DNA of 64,000 nt from positions 128,279-192,278 of the forward strand of contig MTOU01000013.1 of NCBI GenBank assembly GCA_002011745.1, read 5' to 3'. The position numbers and the translations under genes were made by a program. Under the pieces are notes generated by a model. It saw only the letters and a program-made list of their open reading frames with translations, did no database searches and was not told the DNA's origin. Below are positions 28,186 to 38,707 of the stretch, in pieces (position 1 is the first letter of the stretch; every line of letters starts with the position of its first letter). Source of the stretch: Nitrospirae bacterium JdFR-85 (GTDB lineage: Bacteria > Nitrospirota > Thermodesulfovibrionia > Thermodesulfovibrionales > JdFR-85).

Positions 28186-29306
28186 AAAAGACTGGTACAG
28201 CAACAATGCCACTGCATGGTGGAAGGGCTCCAAGATGGCTCTTCCAGAGAATGACCCTGCTTGCAGGTGCTATCCTGGAGGCTATCTGTATTGAGTTTGG
28301 TCCAAAGGAATTCCTTAAAAGGTTGTCAGATCCTTTCTGGTTCCAGTGTTTCGGTTGTGTAGTAGGCTTTGATTGGCACTCCAGCGGCTTAACTACAACC
28401 TTAACTGGTGCCCTGAAAGAAGCCCTCAAGAACAGAAGCCACGAAATCGGAATCTTTATCGCAGGTGGTAAGGGGAAAACCTCGAGAAAGACTCCTGCAG
28501 AACTGGTATCAATAGCAGAAAAAGAGGGCTTATCACCTGAAGCTCTTATATATGCCTCAAGGATGTCTGCAAAAGTTGACAACTCAGCCATTCAGGATGG
28601 TTATAAACTCTACCATCATGTCTTTATATTCACAAAGGATGGAGATTGGGCTGTGGTACAGCAAGGCATGTCAGAAACAGACAACACTGCAAGGCGTTAT
28701 CACTGGCTTGGTGAGAACATATCCTCCTTTGTTGAAGAACCTCACACAGGTATTGTATCTCAGAAACGCACAAAACCCTTAAATCTTGTCCATCGTAATA
28801 GCCAGCAGACCCAGCAGGTTATTACAGAGCTTTCAAGAAGACCTCCTGAGAAGAATCTGAAAGAACTGAAATATATATTCTCTGGTAGTCCTTCTATCAA
28901 AACCCTTCACATGCCATCAAGACACTTCCAGAGAAAAACTGAGGATATAAAACCTGAAAGACTTTATAAAATATTCACCAAAACATATGAATATCAAGCA
29001 GAGGATTTTGAGAAGCTGCTCGGGATTGAAGGAGTAGGTCCAAAGACATTGAGGGCATTAAGTCTGATTTCTGAATTAATATATGGAGTAAGTCCCAGCT
29101 ATGAAGACCCTGCCAGGTTTAGCTACACCGTAGGAGGTAAGGACAGGGTTCCATATCCAATAGATATAAAGACATATGATAAAACAATAGATATAATGAA
29201 AAGGGCTATACACAAAGCCACTCTCAGCCAGCAGGAGAAACTGAAGGCTTTAAGGAGGCTGTATTATGTTTATGAAAAAAATATAATTAACTCACCCGGC
29301 AAGTAA
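28182..29306 (+). CDS. DUF763 family protein (contains a helix-hairpin-helix-like motif)
   Basis: 374 aa. MPLHGGRAPRWLFQRM...DPFWFQCFGCVVGFDWHSSGLTTT...AGGKG matches my recollection of DUF763. LGIEGVGPKTLRAL is HhH-like. ATGA overlap with the kinase gene. Confidence 0.65.
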   Translation: MKKTGTATMPLHGGRAPRWLFQRMTLLAGAILEAICIEFGPKEFLKRLSDPFWFQCFGCVVGFDWHSSGLTTTLTGALKEALKNRSHEIGIFIAGGKGKTSRKTPAELVSIAEKEGLSPEALIYASRMSAKVDNSAIQDGYKLYHHVFIFTKDGDWAVVQQGMSETDNTARRYHWLGENISSFVEEPHTGIVSQKRTKPLNLVHRNSQQTQQVITELSRRPPEKNLKELKYIFSGSPSIKTLHMPSRHFQRKTEDIKPERLYKIFTKTYEYQAEDFEKLLGIEGVGPKTLRALSLISELIYGVSPSYEDPARFSYTVGGKDRVPYPIDIKTYDKTIDIMKRAIHKATLSQQEKLKALRRLYYVYEKNIINSPGK

Positions 29307-29816
29307 GGTGATTATATCCTGAAAAACCTTCTCTCTATTTGTCTCAGCAAGCCTGAAAATAATCACATCCTTTCTCTCCTTCACCTCTTTTATGAATCCC
29401 CCTCCTTTCATAGCCACTGTACATATAAGAGGACAGCTACTGTTCAAGAGTTCTTTGACCTTCTCAACAAAGAGACTGGAAAAACATTCCATCTTACCGA
29501 TTTCATCAATAATAAACCATCTTCCTTTCTTGGGAACAAGATCAATCTCAGAGAGGAATTTCTCAAAACCTTCTTTGTCTATCCTGTATCTACCTACCCT
29601 GTAAGGACTCTTTATTCCTGTGTCTGCAAGCATAGCTTCTCTGCCATCAAGGCTTATGAGTCTGAATCCCCTCCTTTTACCGTCTTGGCGTATCTCTTCA
29701 GTATAAAAGCCTCTCAACTGAGCATTTTTCAAACTTTCACATATCTTCTTTATCAGGGTTGTCTTCCCCACCTTAGGAGGTCCTGTAATAAGAATATTCT
29801 TTTTAGTCTGTGACAT
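29292..29816 (-). CDS. THEP1-type nucleoside triphosphatase
   Basis: Start taken at MSQTKKNILITGPPKVGKTTL (P-loop), one nt after the upstream stop. GFYTEEIRQDGKRRGFRL and FIIDEIGKME are THEP1-like. The track ORF extends 60 nt further upstream. Confidence 0.75.
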   Translation of the reverse strand: MSQTKKNILITGPPKVGKTTLIKKICESLKNAQLRGFYTEEIRQDGKRRGFRLISLDGREAMLADTGIKSPYRVGRYRIDKEGFEKFLSEIDLVPKKGRWFIIDEIGKMECFSSLFVEKVKELLNSSCPLICTVAMKGGGFIKEVKERKDVIIFRLAETNREKVFQDIITLLAG

Positions 29817-29817
29817 C

Positions 29818-31569
29818 CTATTTTGATATACTGAATGGAAACTCTTTCTCAAAGAAACCAGAGGCAACAATAACATGAACTCTATCGATTTTCCCCTTGT
29901 AAAGTCTTTTAACCAATAGACCTTCTGGATCTTTTAATGTAGAACTCCCGCCTGACTGGAGTTGTTCTCCTTTGTTGTTGAACCCAAGGATATCAAGAAG
30001 AAGGTCTTTCTTGCCCTGATATCTTATAATTATTTCACTCTCACCAATATCCTTTACAGTTATGGTGACTCCATCAGCAGAAGTGGTAATACCTTTTTTC
30101 AGATTATCCAGAATAATCTCTTTTATCCCGACAGGCAGAATAAGTCTCACCCTGCCTTCTACAGTCTTTACTGCCCCTTCATTGACACCAGGCTTGAGAT
30201 ACACATCCCTAACAGCCTCAAAGTAATCGCCAGTATTACTCTTTATTAACCTTACTTTCTGGAAAAAAGGAGTTTCAAAATTACTCTCTCTGTTGTAGAG
30301 GTCTCTGCCACTGCTGTCCAATACTCGATCAATCTCAACTACAGCGGTGCTACCAATCAAGAGATTGGGAATAGATACAGTTCTTACCTTAATCCAAAAA
30401 TGGGGAGAATCTTGAGATTCCCAGAAATGGTCTATCTTGAGAGCAACTGGACCTAAGCTCACCTTGGACCCGCCTCTGAAGTCAACCCTTTTGGTGCTGA
30501 GAATCCTTTCATAATCTCTTCCAGAAAGTATCACAACTCTGGTTTTGGTAGCGGTTCTTTCTTTGAAATCCCCAGCACCTGAGAGTCTGCTTGTATCTTT
30601 AAGCATCTCAATGGTCTTCTCAATCTGTTTTACCTCTTCTTTTATAGTACTCTCCATACTGACCTTTATTGCTTTACTCAAAGTAGGCATCACGATATAA
30701 TTTAACCCCACGGCAATTATTACCACCAGAAATATATAGACACCGAGACTTATTAACAAGGGTCTCTTAATAGAAAATTCCCTTTCAGGCTCTGTTTTAA
30801 ATGCGAGGTATCCCAAATACAGAAACTGCACTAATGGGACAATGGCCAGTAATCCAAACCATCTATTTAAACCAAGGTTTTCTGTAATACTTATCCAGAG
30901 GATCACCATCACAGCCAGCACTGCCAAAGCTGCAATCATCGAAAGTACCTCCACAAAGGGTAAGCCTGAGAAGAATCCAAGAGCAGGAGGAATCAAAAAG
31001 AATACAGTCCACCATAGAGGCTTTCTGGCAGCCCCAACAAGAGGCAACACCTGCAGTACAGGCACCCAACTAAGCCATGCATAGGATACCTCAAGTCTTT
31101 TTGATATCAGATATATACAGAGACTGTAGTAAAGATACAAAAGGAGCGTAAAGGCTATTATAAATACAATTGTAGTCATCCCTCCAAATACTAAAAGTCC
31201 CAAGAATTCACCTGTGGGTATTGATAACTCCTTCGGTCTGCCCTCCTGAGGTTTGAACACTATTGGGGGAGAAGGTTTCTCCTTCTTAATATCTGTTTGT
31301 CTAATAACCTCTGGAACTTTTGGACTTTCCACTTCTTCCAGAGAGATTTTAGGCTGTTCTGGTTCTGCAGGAATCTCAACAGCGGGCTTCTCTTCTCTTA
31401 TCTCTATCTTTTCAGGCTCTGCCTGAATCTCCTCTTCAGGAGGAGGATAGTCTGTAATATGAATCTGCCCCTGTTTATCAACCCATTTGTAGAGGACACC
31501 TGAAGCAGAATAACCAAAACTCAAGAAAAGAAAAAGACAGATTAACCATGCTACTTTACCAATTCTCAT
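29818..31569 (-). CDS. large membrane protein with N-terminal DUF4124-like domain, Pro/Glu-rich linker, ~6 TM helices and a beta-rich C-terminal domain
   Basis: 583 aa. Signal/anchor, then LYKWVDKQGQIHITDYPP (DUF4124 signature), a PE-rich spacer, a polytopic core and an uncharacterised 270-aa tail. Confidence 0.5.
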   Translation of the reverse strand: MRIGKVAWLICLFLFLSFGYSASGVLYKWVDKQGQIHITDYPPPEEEIQAEPEKIEIREEKPAVEIPAEPEQPKISLEEVESPKVPEVIRQTDIKKEKPSPPIVFKPQEGRPKELSIPTGEFLGLLVFGGMTTIVFIIAFTLLLYLYYSLCIYLISKRLEVSYAWLSWVPVLQVLPLVGAARKPLWWTVFFLIPPALGFFSGLPFVEVLSMIAALAVLAVMVILWISITENLGLNRWFGLLAIVPLVQFLYLGYLAFKTEPEREFSIKRPLLISLGVYIFLVVIIAVGLNYIVMPTLSKAIKVSMESTIKEEVKQIEKTIEMLKDTSRLSGAGDFKERTATKTRVVILSGRDYERILSTKRVDFRGGSKVSLGPVALKIDHFWESQDSPHFWIKVRTVSIPNLLIGSTAVVEIDRVLDSSGRDLYNRESNFETPFFQKVRLIKSNTGDYFEAVRDVYLKPGVNEGAVKTVEGRVRLILPVGIKEIILDNLKKGITTSADGVTITVKDIGESEIIIRYQGKKDLLLDILGFNNKGEQLQSGGSSTLKDPEGLLVKRLYKGKIDRVHVIVASGFFEKEFPFSISK

Positions 31570-31860
31570 TTTATTATCTCCCTTCAGAGATTAGTTAATC
31601 TTTAAACCCATTCAACATCCCTTAATTATTCCCTGCCAGTCTTATCGCCCCAATATAATATACTAACTTATAATATTTCTACCATCAACCTTAGCGGTAG
31701 GTTAATATCAGTACATCTTTACTATACAAAATTTAACTATTTTTAGTTTTATTTTAGCAATTCATCCAAAAATTCTCACCACGGGAGTACGACAAAAGAT
31801 TATGTTTGGTATATTCTTATTAAGACAAGGATAAAATAGCAAGGGAGGTAGAAGGGATAT

Positions 31861-32118
31861 ATGTCAGTCAACAGAGCCAACAAAGCAGCGTAGAGTTATT
31901 TGAAGAACTCTGGCAGGGAGATTCAGAACCGCGGCCAGAGCAAACTCACTGGTATAAGAGAAGTTTTAAAAGAACTCCTAAACTTTATCATGTACAAAGA
32001 GCGGCAATTATATTTGCAGCACCATTTTAAAGACAGAGCCAACGGGTACTACCAGAGGAGTCTGACACTGAGTTTTGCGAATTTTGATTTGAAGATACCA
32101 ACTTTATTGCCCACATAA
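31861..32118 (+). pseudogene. IS256-family (mutator-type) transposase remnant, N-terminal ~85 codons with an in-frame stop
   Basis: MSVNRANKAA-TAG-SYLKNSGREIQ...GIREVLKELLNFIMYKERQLYLQHHFKDRANGYYQRSLTLSFANFDLKIP matches the N-terminal E..L...meaEr..yL....r.NGyy.R.l.T..G...l.iPR block of IS256 transposases. The similarity ends abruptly after LKIP. Confidence 0.65.
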
Positions 32119-32291
32119 TAAAACTACTAAATAAGGCTACCCTGTGGCAAGCCACAGGGAATGAACAAGTTCAAGGAACTCTATTAAAAGTTTTTAAGAG
32201 AAGAACCTCTGGATATTGTAAGTGTTTTGGTCGGGTAACACTGATATACCCATTTAAACTTGATCATTCTTGATATAATATATCGGTTCAA

Positions 32292-32687
32292 ATGCGGAAG
32301 AAAGAGGATATTGCAAGAGAGATCGAAGCCAGATTCCAGCAACTGAGTCCTTTGATTGAGGCCTTCACATCTGAAGTCTGTCCAGAGTGCAGAGAGGTCT
32401 GCTGCAAACAACGACATGCCCTTTATGATGAAGATGACCTTTTATTTTATAAATACCTTAGAAAAGAGGTGCCTCTGCCTGACAACAGGATAGATCCAGA
32501 TGCCCCTTGTGAGTTCCTCTCTTCACAGGGATGTATAAAGCCCCGCTGGCAGAGACCATTCCGGTGTACATGGTACTTTTGTGAGGCACTTCTTAAGTAT
32601 ATGCCAGAACGCTCTGTAAAAAAGTACAGAAAAATGACAGAACTTTTAAGGGATATACTATTTCTCCGAAGTGAATTAAAGGGATGA
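32292..32687 (+). CDS. Cys-rich protein with CxxCxxCC motif (YkgJ/UPF0153-like zinc/iron-chelating domain)
   Basis: 131 aa. CPECREVCC, then CEFLSSQGC and CTWYFC. Confidence 0.5.
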   Translation: MRKKEDIAREIEARFQQLSPLIEAFTSEVCPECREVCCKQRHALYDEDDLLFYKYLRKEVPLPDNRIDPDAPCEFLSSQGCIKPRWQRPFRCTWYFCEALLKYMPERSVKKYRKMTELLRDILFLRSELKG

Positions 32688-32693
32688 AATTTA

Positions 32694-33671
32694 TTATCCC
32701 CCTATCTTTGACATAGGTCTGTTTATATGATGGCCTGGTTCTATCCCGATCCTGTGGCCTTCTGGTTTCAGTTGCACAGCCAGTCTCAGCAGTCTCTCTA
32801 TCTCCTCATCTGGAGCCTTGTTTCTTAGAGGGGTCTTGAGATCAATCTCTGTTTCTGAAAACAGACAGGGCCGTATTTTGCCATCAGAGGTTATCCTGAG
32901 TCTGTTACAGTGTTCACAGAAGTGATCTGTAACTGCACTTATAAAGCCGATAACTCCTTTACCATCAGGAAGTCTATAGTATCTTGCAGACTCTCTCTTT
33001 CTAAAAGGCAGAGGCTGTAGTACCCCCAGCCTGTTAAGCCTCCCCCTGATCTCTTTTGCAGAAACACACTTATCTACTGTCCAGTTATTGCCTCTGCCGG
33101 GCATGAACTCAATAAATCTTACATGATAGTCTCTGTGTCTTGTAAGAAGTGCAAAATCCTCTATCTCATCGTCATTCAGCCCTCTTATGATCACCACATT
33201 CAGTCTTATAGGTTTCAAACCAAGCTGATATGCCTTCTCAATGCCCCTGAGTACTGTCTCAACACTACCTCCACCAGTAATCTCTCTGTACTTTTCAGGA
33301 CTGAGAGAGTCAAGACTCACATTCACTCTACTCAGCCCCGCCTCTTTGAGTTCTTCTGCATATCTCTCAAGCAGAACACCATTGGTCGTAAGTGTTATCT
33401 CATCAATCCCCTTTATGTTGCTTATCTCTTTAATCAGAAATTGTATATTCTTTCTGGCAAGGGGTTCACCTCCAGTGAGTCTGATCTTCCTCACCCCTAA
33501 TCTTGCAGCAATCCTTACAACCCTGACTATTTCTTCATAGGTGAGTATGCTTTTGTATTCTACAGGACGGATGTCATAGGGCATACAGTATATACAGCGG
33601 AGGTTACACCTATCAGTAACAGATATCCGGAGATACTCAATGCTCCGCTTATACCTGTCTATCAGGGGCAT
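32694..33671 (-). CDS. moaA: GTP 3',8-cyclase (molybdenum cofactor biosynthesis protein A)
   Basis: 325 aa. LRISVTDRCNLRCIYCMP (radical SAM), LTGGEPL, and a C-terminal CxxCNRLR cluster (CEHCNRLRITSDGKIRPCL). Confidence 0.95.
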   Translation of the reverse strand: MPLIDRYKRSIEYLRISVTDRCNLRCIYCMPYDIRPVEYKSILTYEEIVRVVRIAARLGVRKIRLTGGEPLARKNIQFLIKEISNIKGIDEITLTTNGVLLERYAEELKEAGLSRVNVSLDSLSPEKYREITGGGSVETVLRGIEKAYQLGLKPIRLNVVIIRGLNDDEIEDFALLTRHRDYHVRFIEFMPGRGNNWTVDKCVSAKEIRGRLNRLGVLQPLPFRKRESARYYRLPDGKGVIGFISAVTDHFCEHCNRLRITSDGKIRPCLFSETEIDLKTPLRNKAPDEEIERLLRLAVQLKPEGHRIGIEPGHHINRPMSKIGG

Positions 33672-33689
33672 TATCCTAATGGATATTCC

Positions 33690-34529
33690 CTATTTCAGTT
33701 CCTTCAGTTTCTTCTCTGCATTCCGTGCAGCCTCTGAATCAGGAAATCTCTCAATGATATTGGAAAGGATCACTTTGGTGGTATTCTTGTCTCCCAGTTT
33801 CAGGAAGGCATATGCCTGTTTAAGCATTGCATCAGGTATCTTATTGCTCTTGGGATACTCCTTGATAAGGGTCTCATAGGAGAGTATTGCCTCTTCATAA
33901 TTGCCTTCCTTGAAGTAGGATTCTGCAATCCAGAACTGAGCATTGTCTGTAAGATCAGAATCAGGGAATCTCTTTATAAACTCCTGAAACTCCTTGCGTG
34001 CCTCTGCGGTTTTGCCCTCTTTTAATATATCAAGTGCCCTTTTATAAAACTCCTCTGGGGTTGAAGGCTGGGGTTTTGCAGTTGTTGTTACAGTGGCTGG
34101 AGATGCTGCTATCCTTTCCTCCAGTCCTGTCAGTCTCTGCTTTAAGGCATTCAGTTCTTCTGTCAATGACTCTAACTGTGCCCTAAGTAGCGCCCTCTCA
34201 GTCTCACTCTCTTTAAGGGACTTCTCCACCCTGTAGGTGCTTTCATCCATTCTTGCCTGCAAGCTCTGGAGCTCACTCCTTATAGAGTCCATCTCATCAC
34301 GGAGAGACACCTGAGACTGTCTTATTGCGTTCAACACCTCTCTACTACCCGCACCTGAGATCTTCTCATTGAGTCTGGATATCTGATAACGTAAAGCCGA
34401 GACATCCTTTCTCAACTGGCTCTGTGTTATCATCACCTGGTTAAGGTCATTTCTCAGGGAGGTGTAATCCCCTGTTGTTACACATCCTGTTAGGGAAATT
34501 ACCAACAAGAGCAGAAGAATCCTTATCAT
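33690..34529 (-). CDS. cpoB: Tol-Pal system protein CpoB/YbgF (coiled coil plus TPR)
   Basis: 279 aa. Lipoprotein-like signal (SLTGC), a long coiled coil and a C-terminal TPR block (YKRALDILKEGKTAEARKEFQEFIKRFPDSDLTDNAQFWIAESYF...). Directly downstream of pal. Confidence 0.75.
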   Translation of the reverse strand: MIRILLLLLVISLTGCVTTGDYTSLRNDLNQVMITQSQLRKDVSALRYQISRLNEKISGAGSREVLNAIRQSQVSLRDEMDSIRSELQSLQARMDESTYRVEKSLKESETERALLRAQLESLTEELNALKQRLTGLEERIAASPATVTTTAKPQPSTPEEFYKRALDILKEGKTAEARKEFQEFIKRFPDSDLTDNAQFWIAESYFKEGNYEEAILSYETLIKEYPKSNKIPDAMLKQAYAFLKLGDKNTTKVILSNIIERFPDSEAARNAEKKLKELK

Positions 34530-34532
34530 TTC

Positions 34533-35102
34533 TTACTCCTCTATAACAACAAAATGTGCTCTCCTGTTTTTCCACCAGCAACTCTCATTATGTTCTGTAC
34601 AGAGTGGTCTCTCCTCTCCATAACTGACTGTCTGAATCCTTGAGGGAGAGACTCCAAGTGACACAAGATACTCTTTTGCAGCATTTGCCCTTCTGTCGCC
34701 AAGGCCCAGGTTATACTCATTAGTACCCCTTTCATCACAGTGACCCTCTATAATAAGCTTTACTGAAGGATGTTCAATAAGCCAGTCAGCGATCCTGCGC
34801 AGTGTCTCTTTATCTTCATCCTTTATATCATATTTGTCAAAATCAAAGTGTATATCCTTAAAAATCTCTCTCTTTTCCTCTTCTGTAATCATGGCCTCTC
34901 TCGGCTCCTTCACCTCTTCCATCCTTACACCCTCTAATTCCTGTTCTCTGATCTTCTGTGCCTCCTCTTCAGGCCTTACTGCCTCAGCACCCTCCCCTTC
35001 TGTTACCCCTTCTCCTGCGCCTGTAGGGGTAGTAACCTTCCTCGGTGCACAGGCGAAAACAAAGAGTACAACCACAGCCAATATAAAAAGCCTCTTCATC
35101 AT
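34533..35102 (-). CDS. pal: peptidoglycan-associated lipoprotein Pal (OmpA-C domain)
   Basis: 189 aa. Lipobox VFAC. IHFDFDKYDI...IEGHCDERGTNEYNLGLGDRRANAAKEYL is the OmpA-like peptidoglycan-binding domain. Confidence 0.85.
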   Translation of the reverse strand: MMKRLFILAVVVLFVFACAPRKVTTPTGAGEGVTEGEGAEAVRPEEEAQKIREQELEGVRMEEVKEPREAMITEEEKREIFKDIHFDFDKYDIKDEDKETLRRIADWLIEHPSVKLIIEGHCDERGTNEYNLGLGDRRANAAKEYLVSLGVSPSRIQTVSYGEERPLCTEHNESCWWKNRRAHFVVIEE

Positions 35103-35190
35103 AATGGATACCTCCTTGAGTTTTTGTCTATTATATCATAATTATGATTTAAATCATAGCATAATTGATCCAATGGTATATAATAAAAGT

Positions 35191-35454
35191 ATGAGTAATT
35201 TAAAGCAATCTTGTCCAGGAAGCAGAGAGATTAGAAGTCCATATCCAGAAGATATCATCTGCATCTTCTGTGGTACCACTGTGGAGATCTGGTCTGATGA
35301 GGTGGAGACAGAGTGTCCTGAATGTCATAGGATGGTCAACAGGGAGATGAAGCCTACTTGCATACAGTGGTGTCCTGCTGCCAAGGAGTGTATAGGTGCA
35401 AAGAAGTTTGAAGAGATTATGAAACACTTAGCTGATAAAGATACTAACGAGTAG
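35191..35454 (+). CDS. small zinc-ribbon / Cys-rich protein of unknown function
   Basis: Start taken at ATG 35191 ([11 protein letters not shown]...). Has CIFCGTTVE...CPECHRMV (two CxxC pairs) plus [11 protein letters not shown]. The upstream part of track ORF 34834-35454 is antisense to pal and low complexity. Confidence 0.5.
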   Translation: MSNLKQSCPGSREIRSPYPEDIICIFCGTTVEIWSDEVETECPECHRMVNREMKPTCIQWCPAAKECIGAKKFEEIMKHLADKDTNE

Positions 35455-38400
35455 CACCCATTACTTCTCTGTGATACTCCTGTAGAGACCTTATAGTAGG
35501 TCCTTTTATCTTAAGTCCCTGCAGCGCCCTTGCCACTGCCTTTGCACCTGAGATGGTTGTGGTATAGGGGATACTGTATTTCAGAGCACTGTGGCGTATA
35601 TAGTAGGAGTCTCTTCTTGCCCTGGCGCTTTCTACTGTATTGATTATAAAGCTGATTTCCTGGTTTTTTATAAGGTCAACCACATTAGGACGCCCCTCTT
35701 TCAATTTGTTTATCACCTCCACATTGATGCCTCTTTCAGCCAAATACTTGGCAGTTCCTCTTGTTGCCACTATACCGAGCCCATGTTCAATAAATACCCT
35801 TGCTATATCAGGAATCTTGGGCTTGTCTTCATCTCTGACACTCATAAATACCTTCCCTTTGATGGGGATCTGGTTCTTGGCTGATGCCTCTGCCTTGGCA
35901 TAGGCTATCCCAAAATCTACATCTATGCCCATCACCTCTCCAGTGGATTTCATCTCAGGCCCGAGTATTGTGTCCACACCAGGGAATCTGTCAAAGGGGA
36001 AGACAGCCTCCTTTACAGCCACATGGTTTATCTCAGGGTCCTTAGTTATCCCGAGCCTTGAAAGGGTTTCACCCACCATCACCTTTGCAGCAATCTTTGC
36101 CAGAGGCAGTCCCGTGGCTTTGCTCACATAAGGCACAGTCCTTGATGCCCTTGGGTTTACCTCCAGTATATAGATATCACTACCCTTGACAGCAAACTGT
36201 ACATTCATAAGACCAACTACACCAAGCTCAATAGCAAGTGCCCTTGTCTGTCTCTTGATCTCTTCAACAACCACTTCTGGAAGACTATACGGGGGAAGCG
36301 AACAGGCACTGTCACCTGAATGGATTCCTGCCTCTTCAATATGTTCCATCACCCCTCCTATAATAACCATCTCACCATCAGAGACTGCATCCACATCCAC
36401 CTCTATGGCATCAACAATATACTTATCTATGAGCACAGGATGCTCAGGAGATGCCTTAACTGCCCTTTGAATATATTCTCTCAGGCTCTCTTCATCATAT
36501 ACAATCTCCATCGCCCTTCCCCCAAGAACATAGGAAGGTCGCACCATCACTGGATATCCTATCTCAGAGGCTATCCTTACTGCCTCCTCTGCACTCATTG
36601 CAGTACCACTGTCCGGCTGCCGAAGCCCCAGTTTATTGAGTAGCTGTCTGAATCTTTCCCGATCCTCAGCCCTGTCTATTGCATCAGGTGGGGTTCCGAG
36701 AATTCTTACCCCTTCTCTTTCCAGAGGCACGGCAAGCTTTAGAGGGGTCTGACCCCCAAACTGGACAATCACTCCATAGGGTCTCTCTCTCTCAATAATG
36801 CTTAATACATCCTCAAGTGTTAAAGGCTCAAAATAGAGCCTGTCTGAGGTATCATAGTCAGTACTCACAGTCTCTGGATTACAGTTCACCATTATGGTCT
36901 CATAACCCACTTCCTTGAGTGCAAAGACTGCATGGACACAGCAGTAATCAAACTCTATACCCTGACCAATACGATTAGGGCCACTGCCAAGAATGAGAAC
37001 CTTCCTATTCTCAGAAGGGAATGCCTCGCATTCAGCAAAGGACTTTCTGTCTGAAATCCTATAGAAGGGTCTTTCATAGGTGGAGTAGAGATAAGGTGTA
37101 TATGCCTCAAACTCTGCAGCACAGGTATCCACAACCTTGTAAACAGGAAACATCTCAAAAGACTTTCTTCTCTTCATAACCTCTTTCTCAGAGAGGCCCT
37201 TTAACTGCGCAATCCTCCTGTCAGAAAAACCCCATGACTTGGCCTTGAATAACAACTCCCTGGTGAGCTCCTCTCTTTTTATCACCTCTTCAAGATCTAT
37301 TAACTCTTTTATGTTATTCAGGAACCATGGATCAATATATGTGAGTGAATGTATCTCCTCTACGGAAAGCCCCTTTCTCAATGCCTCTGCAACATAGTAC
37401 AACCTCTCTGCACTGGGAATCTTCAGCTTGTGTCTTATCTCCTCTATTGAGACATCCTTCTCTTCAAAGCCATAGCTGTCTGTCTCAAGGCTTCTGATCG
37501 CCTTCTGCAGAGACTCCTTAAAAGTCCTGCCTATGGCCATGGCTTCCCCTACTGACTTCATCTGTGTGGTAAGAGTGGGATCAGCCTCTGGAAACTTCTC
37601 AAAGGCAAATCTTGGTATCTTTGTTACTACATAATCAATGGTGGGTTCAAAACTCGCGGGGGTCTCCCTTGTAATATCATTAGGAATCTCATCTAAGGTG
37701 AGCCCTACTGCCAGTTTTGCGGCTATCTTTGCTATAGGGAAGCCTGTTGCCTTTGAGGCGAGGGCGGATGAACGAGAAACTCTTGGATTCATTTCTATCA
37801 CAACCATTCTGCCATTTGAGGGATTAACTGCAAACTGAATATTGCTTCCACCTGTATCAACCCCTATTTCTCTTATCACCCCTATAGCTGCATCACGCAT
37901 TCTCTGGTATTCTTTGTCAGTCAGTGTCTGGGCAGGTGCCACTGTTATGGAGTCACCTGTATGAACACCCATGGGATCGAGGTTTTCTATGGAACAGATT
38001 ATAACCACATTGTCCTTCTTATCCCTCATCACCTCAAGCTCATACTCCTTCCAACCGAGCACAGATTCCTCTACAAGTACCTGTCCTACTGGGCTCAGCT
38101 TCAGGGCCTTCTCAATAAGTTCTTTATACTCCTCCATATTATAGGCTACAGCACCACCTGTACCACCAAGGGTGAAGGCAGGCCTCAGTATAGCAGGAAA
38201 TTTTACAAACTCTATTGCCTCAAGCGCCTCCTCAAGAGAACTTACTGCCTTAGAACGAGGGACCTCAAGGCCAATTCTCTGCATAGCCTCTTTAAACAGT
38301 TCTCTATCCTCTGCCTTTCTTATAGCCTCTAAGGAGGCTCCAATCAGCTCAACACCATACTGTTGAAGAATACCCCTTTCAGCAAGTTCAACCGAGAGGT

Positions 38401-38689
38401 TCAGCCCTGTCTGCCCTCCCATAGTGGGTAAAAGCGCATCAGGCCTTTCTCTTTCTATGATCATCTCCACAGACTCGATAGTCAATGGCTCAATATATGT
38501 GATATCTGCCATCTCAGGGTCTGTCATAATAGTGGCAGGATTGGAATTCACAAGTACCACCTGATAGCCTTCCTCTCTCAGGGCTTTACATGCCTGGGTT
38601 CCAGAGTAGTCAAATTCACAGGCCTGCCCGATCACAATAGGACCTGAACCTATAATAAGAATCTTCTTTATATCGGTCCTCTTTGGCAC
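35444..38689 (-). CDS. carB: carbamoyl-phosphate synthase large subunit
   Basis: 1081 aa with duplicated ATP-grasp halves. [30 protein letters not shown] is the canonical CarB N-terminus. Confidence 0.98.
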   Translation of the reverse strand: MPKRTDIKKILIIGSGPIVIGQACEFDYSGTQACKALREEGYQVVLVNSNPATIMTDPEMADITYIEPLTIESVEMIIERERPDALLPTMGGQTGLNLSVELAERGILQQYGVELIGASLEAIRKAEDRELFKEAMQRIGLEVPRSKAVSSLEEALEAIEFVKFPAILRPAFTLGGTGGAVAYNMEEYKELIEKALKLSPVGQVLVEESVLGWKEYELEVMRDKKDNVVIICSIENLDPMGVHTGDSITVAPAQTLTDKEYQRMRDAAIGVIREIGVDTGGSNIQFAVNPSNGRMVVIEMNPRVSRSSALASKATGFPIAKIAAKLAVGLTLDEIPNDITRETPASFEPTIDYVVTKIPRFAFEKFPEADPTLTTQMKSVGEAMAIGRTFKESLQKAIRSLETDSYGFEEKDVSIEEIRHKLKIPSAERLYYVAEALRKGLSVEEIHSLTYIDPWFLNNIKELIDLEEVIKREELTRELLFKAKSWGFSDRRIAQLKGLSEKEVMKRRKSFEMFPVYKVVDTCAAEFEAYTPYLYSTYERPFYRISDRKSFAECEAFPSENRKVLILGSGPNRIGQGIEFDYCCVHAVFALKEVGYETIMVNCNPETVSTDYDTSDRLYFEPLTLEDVLSIIERERPYGVIVQFGGQTPLKLAVPLEREGVRILGTPPDAIDRAEDRERFRQLLNKLGLRQPDSGTAMSAEEAVRIASEIGYPVMVRPSYVLGGRAMEIVYDEESLREYIQRAVKASPEHPVLIDKYIVDAIEVDVDAVSDGEMVIIGGVMEHIEEAGIHSGDSACSLPPYSLPEVVVEEIKRQTRALAIELGVVGLMNVQFAVKGSDIYILEVNPRASRTVPYVSKATGLPLAKIAAKVMVGETLSRLGITKDPEINHVAVKEAVFPFDRFPGVDTILGPEMKSTGEVMGIDVDFGIAYAKAEASAKNQIPIKGKVFMSVRDEDKPKIPDIARVFIEHGLGIVATRGTAKYLAERGINVEVINKLKEGRPNVVDLIKNQEISFIINTVESARARRDSYYIRHSALKYSIPYTTTISGAKAVARALQGLKIKGPTIRSLQEYHREVMGATR

Positions 38690-38707
38690 CTAAAACCTCT
38701 CAACACC

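Noticed and set aside
33672-33689. Moco riboswitch upstream of moaA
   Set aside because: Only 18 nt separate moaA from cpoB, so there is no room. moaA appears to be co-transcribed with pal-cpoB.
34834-35190. N-terminal 119 codons of track ORF 34834-35454
   Set aside because: This part is antisense to pal and is Ser-rich low complexity. The Cys-rich domain begins at ATG 35191 in the intergenic region, which I take as the real start.
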